Shown in pieces: positions 28,164 to 41,900 of a stretch of 64,000 bases of DNA. Each line of letters opens with the position of its first letter. Positions within the stretch are counted from its first letter, which is position 1. The notes beneath the pieces are model-generated. The model saw nothing but the letters and a program-made list of their open reading frames with translations. It searched no databases and had not been told where the DNA came from. The stretch comes from the human T2T-CHM13v2.0 reference genome, Homo sapiens, in the NCBI RefSeq assembly GCF_009914755.1, contig NC_060930.1; one strand, 5' to 3'. A program made the translations under genes and the position numbers.

Positions 28164-30179
28164 TGACCTCTCAAGGTACCCCTCTCAGTCCAGCCCAGGA
28201 GCAGGCAGGCCTCCCTTTCTGCCCTGGCTGGTCCTGGGTGAGTTCCCCCAGCCCCACAGGGCACCCGGCCTCAGGGCTCAGGAGCAGGAACTTCGGTGGC
28301 TTTCCCCTGCTTGCCGGCTGGCCTTCAAATTTCCCCCTCTTCCTCGGGCTTTCATGGCAGCTCCTGGACCTGCTGCTGCTGGGCTCCTGTGGGCTCCTTC
28401 AGACTTCCTTGGGGGGCTTTTCCTGGCGATCCTGGACAGATCCTGGGCAGGGTCACAGAGCCATGGGAGCAAGAGACTCCGCCCACCTGGCCAGGGTCCA
28501 TCCCTGTGCATGGATCCCAGGCCTCCAGCCCCCGCCCCCTGCTCCCCAGGCGCAAGACGTTCCAGAATGAGCCAAGGGGGCTCCTGGTTCCTTTACCAGC
28601 CTCCATGTCCCCTGCCTAATAGAGAAAAACTCTCTCGTTGTTTAAAGCTCAAAGATATCCCTTACAGAGAGAGCTCGAAGTCGCCTCACTGGGGGTTAGG
28701 GCGATCTCTGAGCCTTTCCCTCTGCTTAGAAATGCCACATGCTCATGCTCAGAGCAGGCACTTCCTGGTTGCCAATTTTATTTGGCCAGACCTGCTTTTC
28801 CTGTTTGGTTTGTTGCTATTAGCAACGAGCTCCAGAAGTGTCTCCCTTCCCACCCATCTTGGCAGTGATGCTGGCTGCTAATTTGAAGGAAGAAGGGAAA
28901 AAGCTAAAAAATAAGAATAATAATAAGAACCCCAAGTCCTTTTCCCCTATGCCTTGAGTTGTGGCCCCTCCCATCAGTGGGTGAAGTGCCCGGCACTGGT
29001 GAGGGCGGGAGATGGCAGCCACCTCATGCGGAGAAGGGTGGGCTCCTGGCCAGGTAGGGAGGGGCACTCTAGCTGAAGACCTGGGTCATGGCCCTGCCTG
29101 GGGTGGCCCTCAGCCACCTCAGCTTGGCCCAGACCAAGGTTGGTGGCCCGGCAGCCTGCCCAGGGCCCAATGGCCATCAGTCCTGCTGGATGAAGCACTG
29201 GCTGTGGAATGCATGGCACTGAGCCACCAGGCACTGTTGGGCTCCTCCAGCTTCTTGCTCACAGCAAGACTTGCTTGATGATGGCAGCACTGCATTGATT
29301 TACACTCAGACCTATCACAGGCAGTCACGTTGAGTCAGATCAGATGACCCCCAAGTCCTTCTAGTCCTTCCAAGTCACTAGGACCTCTGGCTGGGCAGAG
29401 GCTGGACTGGCCTGACCTGAAGCCACAAGGGCATGAGTGCAGGGTGAGAGGCCTGGAAGCCGGGTGGCCTGGGTAGGCGGACAGTTTGTCCTTCATCACG
29501 GGGCTCTCTGGGGAGAAAGCCAGGGAGCTGCCAGGCCAGGGAAGCCTCATATGGAAGGGAGGGCTCTTAAGGGCATCCTGGTGCCATCAGCAGCCCCTTG
29601 ACCTGCTTCCCATCTCTCCCCACCTTCACTCTGGCTCCCTGACCATCCTGAAGTAGCATCGGGATGTGGGACCCACCTGGGCCACTTCAGCTGGAGACTT
29701 GGTCTCTTCAGAGCATAACCACCAGAGGCTGGTGCGCGGCAGGATGGGGCCGGTTACTAGGGCAACGGGGAGCTGGATTATGAGCTCTGCAGCCTGCCAC
29801 AGCACTGCTATCTCTGAGGGCCTGGGGCACCTGGGCCACCTGAAGAACAGAGCAGTCCTTCCTCACCTGTGCCCTCCAGAGAGCCCTGCAGGAGTATGAT
29901 CTCTCCAGGAAGCCACACCTGCTCTGGCTTCTTTTGCTCAAGGGGGACCTTCTGCCCTTTCGCAGGCAAGACGCTCTTTGTGGGTTTTGTCCCCCCAGGG
30001 CCTTTGTCCTGTGCTTCCCTTTTGGGGTCAACTGCCTGGTCCACTGTGAGCTTCCAGCTAAAGCACGTCCTGCGGCGAGTCACCTTGGTTAGCCGCACGG
30101 GTCAAGCTCTGCAAGGAGCTTGCCCTCCTCGTCCTCCCTTCCCTCTGCTCCCCTCACCGCCCTCCCCTCCTCTTTTCAG

Positions 30180-30352
30180 AAGCTGCTCTGGGCTTCTTGC
30201 CACGCGGGCGACACGCCTATGATCAATTTTGACTTCCATCAGTTTGCCAAAGGTGGGAAGCTAGAGAAATTGGAGACCCTCTTGAGGCCACAGTTAAAGC
30301 TGCACTGGGAAGACTTCGATGTGTTCACAAAGGGGGAGAACGTCAGTCCACG
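30180..30352 (+). CDS. SYNJ2: SYNJ2 exon 8
   Basis: Long pyrimidine tract, ttttcag|AAG; ACG|gtgagg; 173 nt; [26 protein letters not shown]...ENVSP(R). Confidence 0.97.
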
Positions 30353-30844
30353 GTGAGGCTCGCTGCGCACTGTGCCGCGTCTTCTGCTGGGGGGAAGCGT
30401 CAGTCCACGGTGAGGCTCGCTGCGTGCTGTGCCTTCTGCTGGGTGAGGCGGCAGAGGGGCCGTGCAGTCTAGGACATGTGCCCTATGAGGGGCAGCTTCC
30501 TTCCCTCCCCACTCAGTTACCCTTGTGGTTTCCTGGGTCATAAGCTTGGCGACGCCGGGAATCTTGGGTTCCAGCTTCTCATCTCCCTTCCCACAGTAGG
30601 AGACAGGCTTTTGAATTTCTCAAGGAGATGTTGAGTCATGGTTTTCTGGCAAAAGAAATGAACTAATAAAGGGGACTGCATTAAAACATGGAGCTCCACG
30701 CTGTGACGCAGGCCTGTGAGAGTGAGGGCCACAGTCGCGGTGGGATGGCTGGCATAGACTTAGATTGCTAGAGGAGACCAGGGTATGGACTTCCCTGTTC
30801 AGAGCAGAGGAGAAAAACGAAGTCCAGTTCCCTCAGGTCACATG

Positions 30845-31427
30845 CAGGGGGTCCTCATTATTTGCAGATTCCATATTGGCTTATTTACCTATTCCTTAAA
30901 ACTGATTTGTAACCCCAAAATCAGTATGCAAAGCATTTTTGCTGGACAGAGTATTTAAATACTCTGGCCTCGTATTTAAACAAGTTTCCTTTTTAAGATT
31001 TAGTACCATGTTTTTCACATTTGTGGGGTCTTTGTTAGGGGCCCCCCTTTGTTCGGGGATCTCATGGTTTAGAATGGCCCCAAGCAGTGTGCCGAAGAGC
31101 TGTCTAGTACTTCTGAGCACAAGAAGGTGGTGATGTGCTTTATGGAGAAAATGCACGTTAAGATAAGCTTTGTCCCTATATGAGCTACAGTGCTGTCGGC
31201 CATGGTTCAGTGTTAATTAAGCAAATATATATATTCAATAAGGTGTCTTTATATGGAAACATACATAAAACAAGGTTGTATATTGATCAGTTGATAAAAA
31301 TGTGACCAGAGGTTTGCAGGAACCTAACCCTATATTTCCCCTAGGAGCGATGGTTCTGTGTTCATGTCCAATTCAGTGTTCCTACAACTTTATAGAACAT
31401 AATTGCTATAAATAACAAGGACCAGCT
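30845..31427 (+). mobile_element. TcMar-Tigger DNA transposon fossil (MER82-like)
   Basis: tcctcattatttgcagattcc...tttgtaaccccaaaatc at the 5' end, ctttatagaacataa...aataac at the 3' end. Confidence 0.7.
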
Positions 31428-31580
31428 AAACGTAAAACGACCCAGCTGTGCAGGCTACTGAGTGTGTGTCCTGGGGTCTGCCTGCCTTTCCAGAAGTGCT
31501 GGGGATCCACTGGGATGGACACTGGGGTTTCTGGGGGGCTATTGATGAGGAGGTGAGGGGTTCCCTCTTAGAACATGTTT

Positions 31581-31918
<338 letters not shown>

Positions 31919-31978
31919 CTATGGCCACTGCTTCTTTGAAAACAACATATAACCGTTTACATTTCTTCTTGTCCTAAG

Positions 31979-32060
31979 TTTTCAGAAAGGCACTTTGCGG
32001 ATGAACTGTCTTGACTGCCTGGACCGAACCAACACTGTGCAGAGCTTCATCGCGCTCGAG
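31979..32060 (+). CDS. SYNJ2: SYNJ2 exon 9, SAC1 catalytic CX5RT motif
   Basis: cctaag|T; GAG|gtgcgt; 82 nt; [27 protein letters not shown], with CLDCLDRT at 32007-32030. Confidence 0.96.
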
Positions 32061-32788
32061 GTGCGTCCCTGCCACAGCCTTTTCGGCCATCTGTGCCAGG
32101 TCCTGTGACTTCAGCTGGACAGGCTGGGCTGAGCACCTTTAGCGGCAAGATGAGGGTGGCATCACCAAGACAACCTTCTGACTATGGGGAAGGTGGACAG
32201 GGAGACACTGGGACATCCAGAGAGGGGTTCCCCAGGAGGCTGCTTTCTCTGTCGTAGGCACACTTTCTCACACCCTCTTGTGAAATGCATCCCAGACATG
32301 GTGGCCCAAAGGCTCCTCGGGAACAGCGGTTGTGTGTAATGATTATCGTGGATGCACCATTGGCCAAAGGCAGTGTGAGGCTGGCCGGATGAGGCTGGAT
32401 TTGAAGCTGGGGAGGGAGACCTCTGTCTGCATGGCCCCAGCTGCCTGGTTGACCTCTCCTGGCTGGGGGGTCGGGGGTAGGGTCAGCACCCCCTGCTGTC
32501 CACCACTGTTTGCTCTTCAGCCTCTGGCATTGGGTGGGGCGGGGCGGGGTGCAGGGGCGTTCAAGTGTCAGGGGGTGAGAGGAGGGCTTGGGTGGACCCT
32601 ATAGATAAAGTTGGGGTGAGATGTGGGAAGTCACTCTCTGCTGTGGGAACTCCTCATCCTCTGGAGGGGCACAGAGTCTTCCAGGCACAGCGTAATCCAC
32701 AGGCTGCCGAATAAGGAACCTCCTGGGACAGTGGCTGCAGGGCCTCTGTGGGAGAAGCCAGTGACAGCCATCCCTTATTCCTCCCCAG

Positions 32789-32938
32789 GTCCTGCATCTG
32801 CAGCTCAAGACCCTGGGGCTGAGTTCAAAACCCATCGTTGACCGCTTTGTGGAGTCCTTCAAAGCCATGTGGTCTCTGAATGGCCACAGCCTGAGCAAGG
32901 TGTTCACAGGCAGCAGAGCCCTGGAAGGGAAGGCCAAG
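32789..32938 (+). CDS. SYNJ2: SYNJ2 exon 10
   Basis: ctccccag|GTC; AAG|gtaggg; 150 nt; [11 protein letters not shown]...[13 protein letters not shown]. Confidence 0.97.
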
Positions 32939-33013
32939 GTAGGGCCCCGCCGAGGGGGCAGGGTGGGGGCCCCAGGGACCCCCCTCACGGCCTGCGGTCT
33001 GGGCTCTCGGCAG

Positions 33014-33179
33014 GTGGGGAAGCTGAAGGATGGAGCCCGGTCCATGTCTCGAACCATCCAGTCCAACTTCTTCGACGGGGTGAAGCAGGAGGCCATCAAG
33101 CTGCTGCTGGTTGGGGACGTCTACGGCGAGGAGGTGGCAGACAAAGGGGGCATGCTGCTGGACAGCACGGCGCTCCTGG
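33014..33179 (+). CDS. SYNJ2: SYNJ2 exon 11
   Basis: ctcggcag|GTG; TGG|gtaggg; 166 nt; [32 protein letters not shown]...STALL. Confidence 0.97.
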
Positions 33180-34631
33180 GTAGGGCCTGCCGCAGACAGG
33201 GCGAGGCAGGGAGGTAGGGTGCTCCCCAGCCCCACTTTCCCACCGCCTCTGTGCTATCCAGAGAGTGGGTGGCAGAGGTGCCTGGGATCTGAGCAGTGGA
33301 CCATGCACCTTGCAGCTGTCACTGCCTCTCCCGGGAGCCTGCGCTTTCCTGCTGGGCCTGGGAGCTCACGCTTCCTCTGTCTCGGCTTGGACTGTGTTTC
33401 CATCCTGAGAAGCGAGAGACACCAGGCGGGCTCAGGGAGAGGCCGTGCACTCTCCTAAACGCATCGGTGCCTTTGAATGCTAACCTACTCCAGAAACTTC
33501 CTCAGCTGCCTGGGCTCTTGGGCCCTTAGCAGGTGATGTTGGCTTTGGGAGCTTCCCATGAAGTTGGCCTCCAGTTTCTCTTTTGGCCCCTGAGGACCCT
33601 GTGGAAACAGAGAAGGAGGATGCTGTCATCCCCTGGGGATGAGGGCACCTTCTGGTCTCAGCGGCAAGACATCGTGATTCCATCAATATAGGAGGTTCCT
33701 TTGGGAGCATTTTAATGGCATCTTCTTACCTGAGCCTGTAAACATATTAGGTCTCATGGAAAAGTAGGGGAAACCCAGCATTTTTCCTTATAAGAATGTA
33801 CAAGTGTCGCTTTAGAAATGTCAGGTGTTTTTGAAAAATGAACTAGCCCATGCTTAAAATGGGTTCACGGCCCTTTCCACTGTCACCGTCACTGGGGGAG
33901 CTCTAATTTGGCTTCCGATAGGCACGGTGATATTTAGTTTCTACTCTGGAAACAGTGCCAGCTCTGTAAAAGGTGAACAAAGCTCCATGTTGTACAGTGA
34001 GTCTTATTTAATAGCAAGGCAGACATGAGTTAGATTTGGTTTACATCACAAGTTTAAAAGGTGGAATATATTTTGGCTATCTAGAGGATGGAGATGGTTC
34101 TGTGTAGTGACTTTTTAAAGCCTTAAGTCTGGGGCAAAACAAAACATATCAGACATGCAGGCTGGAAGGCAGAGGATGCAAAGGTGGCTGTCTGGGTTGG
34201 TAAGACACTTAAAGTTATAGTGTATATGGATGCATACACAATGAAATATGGTCAGTTACAGCATGCCCTTGCTTAAATTCCTATGCCTTGTTCTTCTACG
34301 GAGTGGACAGTGAGGACACGGCTTTTCCCTGTCGTGTCTGAGATCCCTATGGTCTGATGTCCCATGGCTTCTGGCTTCAGTTGGGGGTAGGGGTATAGAC
34401 GGTGAGTTTCCAGTCTTATGTTTTCACGCCTTTATTGTAGAAATGCCATAAGGGAAGCCCCGTGGTGACCGTGGTTTTAAGCCTTTTGTCGTCTTCGTAA
34501 GGAGCATACCCTGGTTTATCTCTAGAGGCTCATGAACCATCTGTCTCTGCCAGGCAGCCTCATCTGTCTTTTTGGAGGATGCCTGAGCTTTGGAACTGCA
34601 AAGAAATGTGCCTTTTTATGCCTCCTGACAG

Positions 34632-34823
34632 TGACTCCCAGGATCCTGAAAGCTATGACTGAGCGTCAGTCCGAATTCACAAATTTCAAGCGGATCCGGA
34701 TTGCTATGGGGACCTGGAACGTGAACGGAGGAAAGCAGTTCCGGAGCAACGTGCTCAGGACGGCGGAGCTGACAGACTGGCTGCTCGACTCGCCCCAGCT
34801 CTCGGGAGCTACCGACTCCCAGG
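34632..34823 (+). CDS. SYNJ2: SYNJ2 exon 12, start of 5-phosphatase domain
   Basis: ctgacag|TG; AGG|gtgagg; 192 nt; contains GTWNVNGG, the hallmark of inositol 5-phosphatases. Confidence 0.97.
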
Positions 34824-35099
34824 GTGAGGGCAGTGACTTTGGGGGAGACAAAATCCAATTGCACCTAACCTGACATGTCACGCTTGACCCTTTAGTGGCC
34901 ATCGTCTTGTGGAATTTCATCTTTGGTGTCTTCCCTCCTCACAATGTCTAAATAGCACCATGGCCTGACTCTCAAGAATGCTGCCTCGCAAGTAACTGAC
35001 CTTTTTCCTTTCCCAGATGTTTAGAAGAGTTAGCAGATGGTGAATCTCTCTTTTCTCTTTGCATACAGTGATGGTGAAGTCTTAGGCTTTCATCAGTAG

Positions 35100-35519
<420 letters not shown>

Positions 35520-36834
35520 TGATATTGACCAAGAACAGCTCATCCCTGCCTCTCCCCAAACCAACTCTATTAATCTGCTTTAAGTAGTCACAAAATAATT
35601 CATGTGCTATTTAGGAATAAAATAATTCCAAATGTTGACACCTCACCTTTTATCTTGTAAGATACACTATTGAATGGCCCCAGAACTTAGGATCTGAAGA
35701 ATAAATGATTCTTGTCCAGTCATCGTTGACTCGGGCCTTGGTTTTTTTGTTTGTTTGTTTTTTGTTTTGCTTCCTTGGACTCAGGAACTTGTGGTTCAGG
35801 TTTTTGCCTGTTGGTGAGTGACCTGTGGTCTAGCTGACATGCAGTGGCCCATGTGTACATTCATGCCCCACAGCTGCCTGGGTAGTACCCAGAGCCCCAT
35901 CCCTTCCTGTGCACACGCCATCTGTGCCCTCCTTTCTGCCTCCAAGGGCAGGTGGCAGAGTCCACCATTCAGAGCCACTGGGGCTCTCTGTGTCGGTGGT
36001 AGCCTGGGTTGCTGCTTGTGGTGCCTCCAGAAGCCATTCAGGATGCCCTCCGGAGCAGGCCCATCAACGCGGAGAGTGCTTAGCACAGCCGTGGCTCAAG
36101 AGCCGTCCCTCCAGTCCCCACGAAAGTGACTCCTCTTCTTTTCCCTGCAGGAAGGTGTGCATGTTTTTAGCAAGCTGGCTGGTATTTTGCAGGGGATTTT
36201 TTTGGGGTAGACACTAGCAGGCTCCCCAGCAGTCCCACTAGAGATACACCAGGTTCCAGAGAAGGAAAGGAGTGCTGTGGTTACTATTGCCAAGCAGATC
36301 AGACAGAGGGACGGGGATTGTTTTATTTAAAAAAAAAAAAAAAAAAAGCTTTAAGTCAGGGAAACTAGAGGTTCCAGGTTGCCCATTGTGGTCAACAGAG
36401 AAGGAAGTGGACAGCCTGCCTGGCCTCTCGCTGACAGAGGCCATGTCCTCCTAGCTGGACCCTGGGGAGGTGGGCCTCTCACTTTCTGCAGCAGCTGGAG
36501 CCATGACTGGGCTTGGTGGCTCAGGAGCCTGGGTGTCAGAGGTCGTGACTGGACAGATTCAGTCAATGGCTACAAGGTTATATTAAATTCTGACCTCCCC
36601 TGTTCAAAGGGAACAGAATGGACGGAGGGCCCCTCTGGGCTCACTGCTGCATTTAAGCCAGGCATTTCTGAAGCAGATTCCACTGGGGCAGTTCCCAGCA
36701 GCAATGGTAGCCACCTGGAGTTGGACTCAGGCAGTGGACAGCATGACTCGGGAGAGGGCACTGGGGAGCCCCATGAACTCGTAATGCGGGACTTGGCGGT
36801 TCTGACTTCTGTCATCTCTTGCCTTGCTCCCCAG

Positions 36835-36916
36835 ATGACAGCAGCCCAGCTGACATATTTGCTGTGGGGTTTGAAGAGATGGTGGAATTGAGCGCAGGGA
36901 ATATTGTCAATGCCAG
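36835..36916 (+). CDS. SYNJ2: SYNJ2 exon 13
   Basis: ctccccag|AT; CAG|gtaagg; 82 nt; [26 protein letters not shown]. Confidence 0.97.
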
Positions 36917-37720
36917 GTAAGGGGCCAGGTGTGCGGGGCCAGGCAGGGACTTCCTGAGTCAGGTGCCTGGCTGGGAGCAGAGCCTCTGAGGCTCTCCGGG
37001 AGCCAGCCTGCTTCTGAGCCAGCTAAGCTGTGGCCCTGGCTGTGTGGGGATCTCTCACCTGGCTCCTTCTCTATGCTCACACATGCACCACCCCGTTCTT
37101 TCCCTGCCACTTAGGAAGTAAAAGGAAGGGCTGATGATTGCTGTGTTTTCTTTGCAGTGCTCTGGCCTCGGCCACTTGTTGAGGCTAATTTATGCTGCCA
37201 GAGGGAGCTGGCATGTGTGGACCTGGGGTGCAGGGGAAGGGCGGGGCTGGGACTGGGAGAGTAGTTGACTCATGTTTCCTGGGGAGAGGTGAGAAAGTGT
37301 GAGTGCCGGGAAGAGGTACTTTCTTCCTGCACACCAGGGCAAAGGAAAAAATCAAAACCACTGGATTTTTATTTGATATGAAGTCAACTGGGCGCTCCCC
37401 CCACCCCCTGCTAAACTGGCCTGGCTTTATTTTAAGGAACTTTCTGAACAAATAAATAAGACTGACTCTGTGGGGCTGCTATGAGAAGGTCCTGGGTTGG
37501 GTTTCAGGGGTCAAGGGAGGGCTGCTGTGATGTGTGAGGCATAGCCAAAAACACGCAGATCCTCCAGTAGAAGAAGGAAAGCATGACACTAATATTGGGG
37601 TGCGGGCAGCGTGAAATCAGTTCTGCAAACAGAATAGGCTTGGGCTGGAGCATTTGGTAGGTGGGAGATAGATGTACTTCCAGCTACCTGTAAACAGCAT
37701 CCTTTCCTTTTCTCTTCCAG

Positions 37721-37861
37721 TACTACCAACAAGAAGATGTGGGGTGAACAGCTTCAGAAAGCCATCTCACGCTCTCATAGATACATTCTGTTGACTTCGG
37801 CACAGCTGGTGGGCGTCTGTCTTTATATCTTTGTACGTCCATACCATGTCCCGTTCATCAG
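37721..37861 (+). CDS. SYNJ2: SYNJ2 exon 14
   Basis: tctcttccag|T; CAG|gtaaga; 141 nt; [13 protein letters not shown]...[21 protein letters not shown]. Confidence 0.97.
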
Positions 37862-39089
37862 GTAAGAACATTCTGTTTACACACATCTGGGGAACAAGGG
37901 GTTGTTAGTCTTTGTGTTTTGTTCTTTGACTTCCCCCTCCTCCCCCATCCCCTTCTGTAACAGGAATCGGGACTTACCATTATTTTAGATAAATGTAGCA
38001 AAACCCCCTAGGAAAAACTGGGCTGAATAGAATATTGTCTAGCGATTAAAAAGCCACCATGGGAAATGTCTAACTCAGGAAGCTGAACTCTTAGAAAGGG
38101 TGTTACATGATTGTCATCGCCCAAGCTCAATTCCGTGCAAGGAAAAGGGTTCCTTGTTGGAATCTTATAGACAGGAAACCTCTGACCAAGAGCTGAGTAA
38201 CTCACTGGGAAATGCCAACTCTTTTGTCCCTTTTTAAAAGAATTCTAAGTAGAACGTGTGGGCCTCTACAACTGTGACCTCATTGTCATTTCTCCAAGGT
38301 GCATGCTTTGTGAGCATCAGAAAGGGGGCGAGCTTAGGGGCGGCATTCCTCTTGGGGTGTGGGTGTGGGTGTTTGGATGCTGGAGGAACTCATCTTTTCC
38401 CCAGCTTGTGGTTGGCCTCATCTTACCACCTGGGCCTACCCATGGCTTTTGAATTTCCACCAGCCTTTCGGCGAGCTGGCAGCAGGCGTTGAACTGACCT
38501 CCCCACTGAGCCCCTGGGTCCCGGGAAGGGCCTGTGCCTGCCAAGAGCACCACGGGTACACCCCTGCAGCACCTGGAGACTAAGACTATGCTGCCCATAA
38601 TCCTCTTCTCTGACTTTCAGAAGATGTTTAGGTCCCTGTCCCTCTGCTTGTGTTATTTGGGCAGCTTGGCAGTGTCCTAGGTTAGCAGGTGAAGGTTAGT
38701 AAAGGTTAAAGGCAAGGGCGGGGTGAGGGTGAGAGGTAAAGCATTTGAGAAAGGGCTCAGAGCTGAGGAGAGCCAGGTTTCCCAGGCTCGGTGTCCTCGG
38801 CTTCACGTGCCTTTAGCCCTGAGCTGCTTCCGCCTACACCCCTTCCATCAGTCATCCCCCCAACCTTGTCTGCCAGCGAGCAGATGCACCAGCAGGCCTC
38901 AGTCTGTGGCATGGCTGTGGAAATGTTAACAAATGTGCTTGCAGCCCATGTTTCTATGGACTCGTATGCGTCATAAGTGGGCATTTGAATGCAAGCAGGC
39001 TCTGGCATTGCATAAAAGTCCTTTTGAGACCATCTACCCAGCCCAGCATAAACAGCTGCCCGTTTCCTAGCTCTTAAAGTGCATTGATT

Positions 39090-39385
39090 GCTGGGCACGG
39101 TGTCTCACGCCTGTAATCCCAGCACTTTGGGAGGCCAAGGCAGGCAGATCACTTGAGGTGAGGAGTTTGAGACCAGCCTGGCCAACATGGTGAAACCCTG
39201 CCTCTACTAAAAATACAAAAATTAGCCGGGCGTGATGGTGGGTACCTGTAATCCCAGCTACTCAGGAGGCTGAGGCAGGAGAATTGCTTGAACCTGGGAG
39301 GCCACAGTTGCAGTGAGCTGAGATCACGCTGCTGCACTCCAGCCAGGGTGACAGAGCGAGACTCTGTCTCAAAATAACAATAATA
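39090..39385 (+). mobile_element. Alu (S-type)
   Basis: Sense dimer. Confidence 0.92.
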
Positions 39386-39789
39386 ATTTAAAAATGTGTT
39401 GATTGCCCAGATGACACCTCCCATGCATGGCGTGATGGCTGCACAGGAGTGGGGTGGGCTGGTGGGTGGTGATGTTTGCGCCGCTCCTGGTGGCAGTGAG
39501 AACCTGGGCGGATGCAGGCATTGCCCTGTCTTCGGCTTCATGGGGTGCTCAAGTGAGCACTTCCCAGTTGGGGTGTGGGGGAGATGTCCAGGCAGCGGTG
39601 GGCAGCAGGAGGGAGGCGGCCTCCTGACCAGGAGTCGATGACGGCCACGGTGGCCACTGTGTTGAGCTGATGATTTTGGAGCACTCAGAGCAGCAGGTCC
39701 CGAGCTGCTGCTGGGCCCTTCTCTGTGGCAAAGCAGGGTCACACTTCTCCTTCAGGAGCCGACGGCATGCGCGTATCCTTCTGTTCCAG

Positions 39790-39982
39790 GGACGTAGCCA
39801 TCGACACAGTGAAGACGGGCATGGGGGGCAAGGCGGGGAACAAGGGCGCCGTCGGCATCCGCTTCCAGTTCCACAGCACCAGCTTCTGCTTCATATGTAG
39901 TCACCTGACGGCCGGGCAGTCCCAGGTGAAGGAGCGGAATGAAGACTACAAGGAGATCACCCAGAAACTCTGCTTCCCAATG
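39790..39982 (+). CDS. SYNJ2: SYNJ2 exon 15
   Basis: gttccag|G; ATG|gtgagc; 193 nt; [25 protein letters not shown]...CSHLTAGQ...CFPM. Confidence 0.97.
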
Positions 39983-40973
39983 GTGAGCGGCGCCGTGGGG
40001 ACAGCCAGCACCTCCCTGCTCAGCTCAGTCCCAAATGTGACTGTTGATAGGAGCCAGGCACTGGGGACACAACCACAGGGAGGGCCCCTTCCTGGAGGGC
40101 TCAGCGCTGGGGGAGGGGGAGAGGGCTATGTCCCTCCATGGAATTGACCTGGGGCAGGGTTAGCCACGTGCCTGGAGGGGGCCAGCTTTGCAGCATTTCC
40201 CGTTGCTGTACAATTCCTGAGTGTCTGCATGGCCACTGGATTTGTATGTGTGCATTTTCTGATTTTCTAATTCAAGTGATGGTTTAGGGAAGAAAACCAT
40301 GTCCGTGGTCTGTCCTGTCCAAGTGGTGAAGAGCATTTGAATCCACACAGCCTAAGACTCCACCTTCCTGAGATTCACAGTCTTCACATGTACTTTCTGT
40401 GGTGGCTCAGATAAGCACACCCTTTTGACCAATGGACCCTTTTTGACTGGGAACACGGTTCTTGACCAAGGAGCCCAGATCCTGCCTGTCCTCGAAGCTG
40501 CAATAGCGAACCGCACACTGCCCTCTCGTGGCGGTCCAGAGGGTTTCATTCTGAAACTGGAGGATTTTCTTTTCAAATCTAGACGTTAATGTTCTCCTTC
40601 CTGTGCAAAGATGCTACCCGGGCACAGCTTCAGCGTGTGGTGCACACGAGGCCACCTCTTTCCCGAAGTGAGGATAGACTTCAGCTGTTCTTGCTGCAAA
40701 ATCTTCCACTGTCTGAGAGGTGGCGGGTTGGGTCACAGAGCTCTTCCCTGTGAGAACAGATCCTTAAAACTGACGTCCCATTTTACTGGGCTGCACGAGC
40801 ACTCAAGGCAAAATTTCCTTAGTTTTCATTAAGAAGTGCCATAATTCCTGTTGGTGTTGTTTATTTCTTATGTTAAAAAAGAAACAAACGAGTTGGGAAA
40901 TTTTCAATTGTGTGTAATGCAGTTTAAAAAAAAAAAAAGTCTAACCCTTCTCACTTAAAAAGAGCTACTTTGG

Positions 40974-41271
40974 GGCCAGGCACAGTGGCTCACACCTGTA
41001 ATCCCAGCACTTTGGGAGGCCGAGGCGGGCAGATCACCTGAGGTCAGGAGTTCGAGACCAGCCTGGCCAACGTGGTGAAACCCCACCTCTACTGAAAATA
41101 CAAAAAAAATTAGCCAGGCGTGGTGGCGTGCACCTGTAATCCCAGCTACTCAGGAGGCTGAGACAGGAGAATCGCAACCCAGGAGGCAGAGGTTGCAGTG
41201 AGCTGAGATCGCACCACTACACTCCAGCCTCGGCAACAGAGCGAGACTCTGTCTAAAAAAAAAAAAAAAAA
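40974..41271 (+). mobile_element. Alu (S-type)
   Basis: Sense dimer, TSD aaaaagWgctacttt. Confidence 0.93.
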
Positions 41272-41383
41272 GTGCTACTTTGACATAGTAAACTTGGGAT
41301 ACATAATAAGTAATTAAAGGATTTATAATGTAGTTCTTTTCTACAATAAAAATATTGAGGGACCTATTAACATTCTGCACTTC

Positions 41384-41683
<300 letters not shown>

Positions 41684-41689
41684 AACATT

Positions 41690-41900
41690 CTACACTGGTA
41701 TTGTCTGATACCGTAGTCACTGGCCATAAGTAGCTATTTAAATTCAAATTAATTAAAATTAAATAACATTTAAAATTCCTTGCTTTCCCTGGCCACAGTG
41801 AGAATGATCAGTATCCATGTGGCCAGTGGCTCCTGCATCAGATGGCACAGAGAACGTTTCGGTGCTGCAGAAAGTTCTGTCTGACAGTGTTATCTAGACG
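41690..41900. mobile_element. hAT-Charlie fossil (MER3/MER33-like)
   Basis: gtagtcactggcca...agctatttaaatt..aattaattaaaattaaataa...gcagaaagttct. Confidence 0.6.

Noticed and set aside
38680-38740. Telomere-like GGTTAG/GGTTAA/GGTGAG repeats
   Set aside because: Too short and degenerate to call an interstitial telomeric sequence
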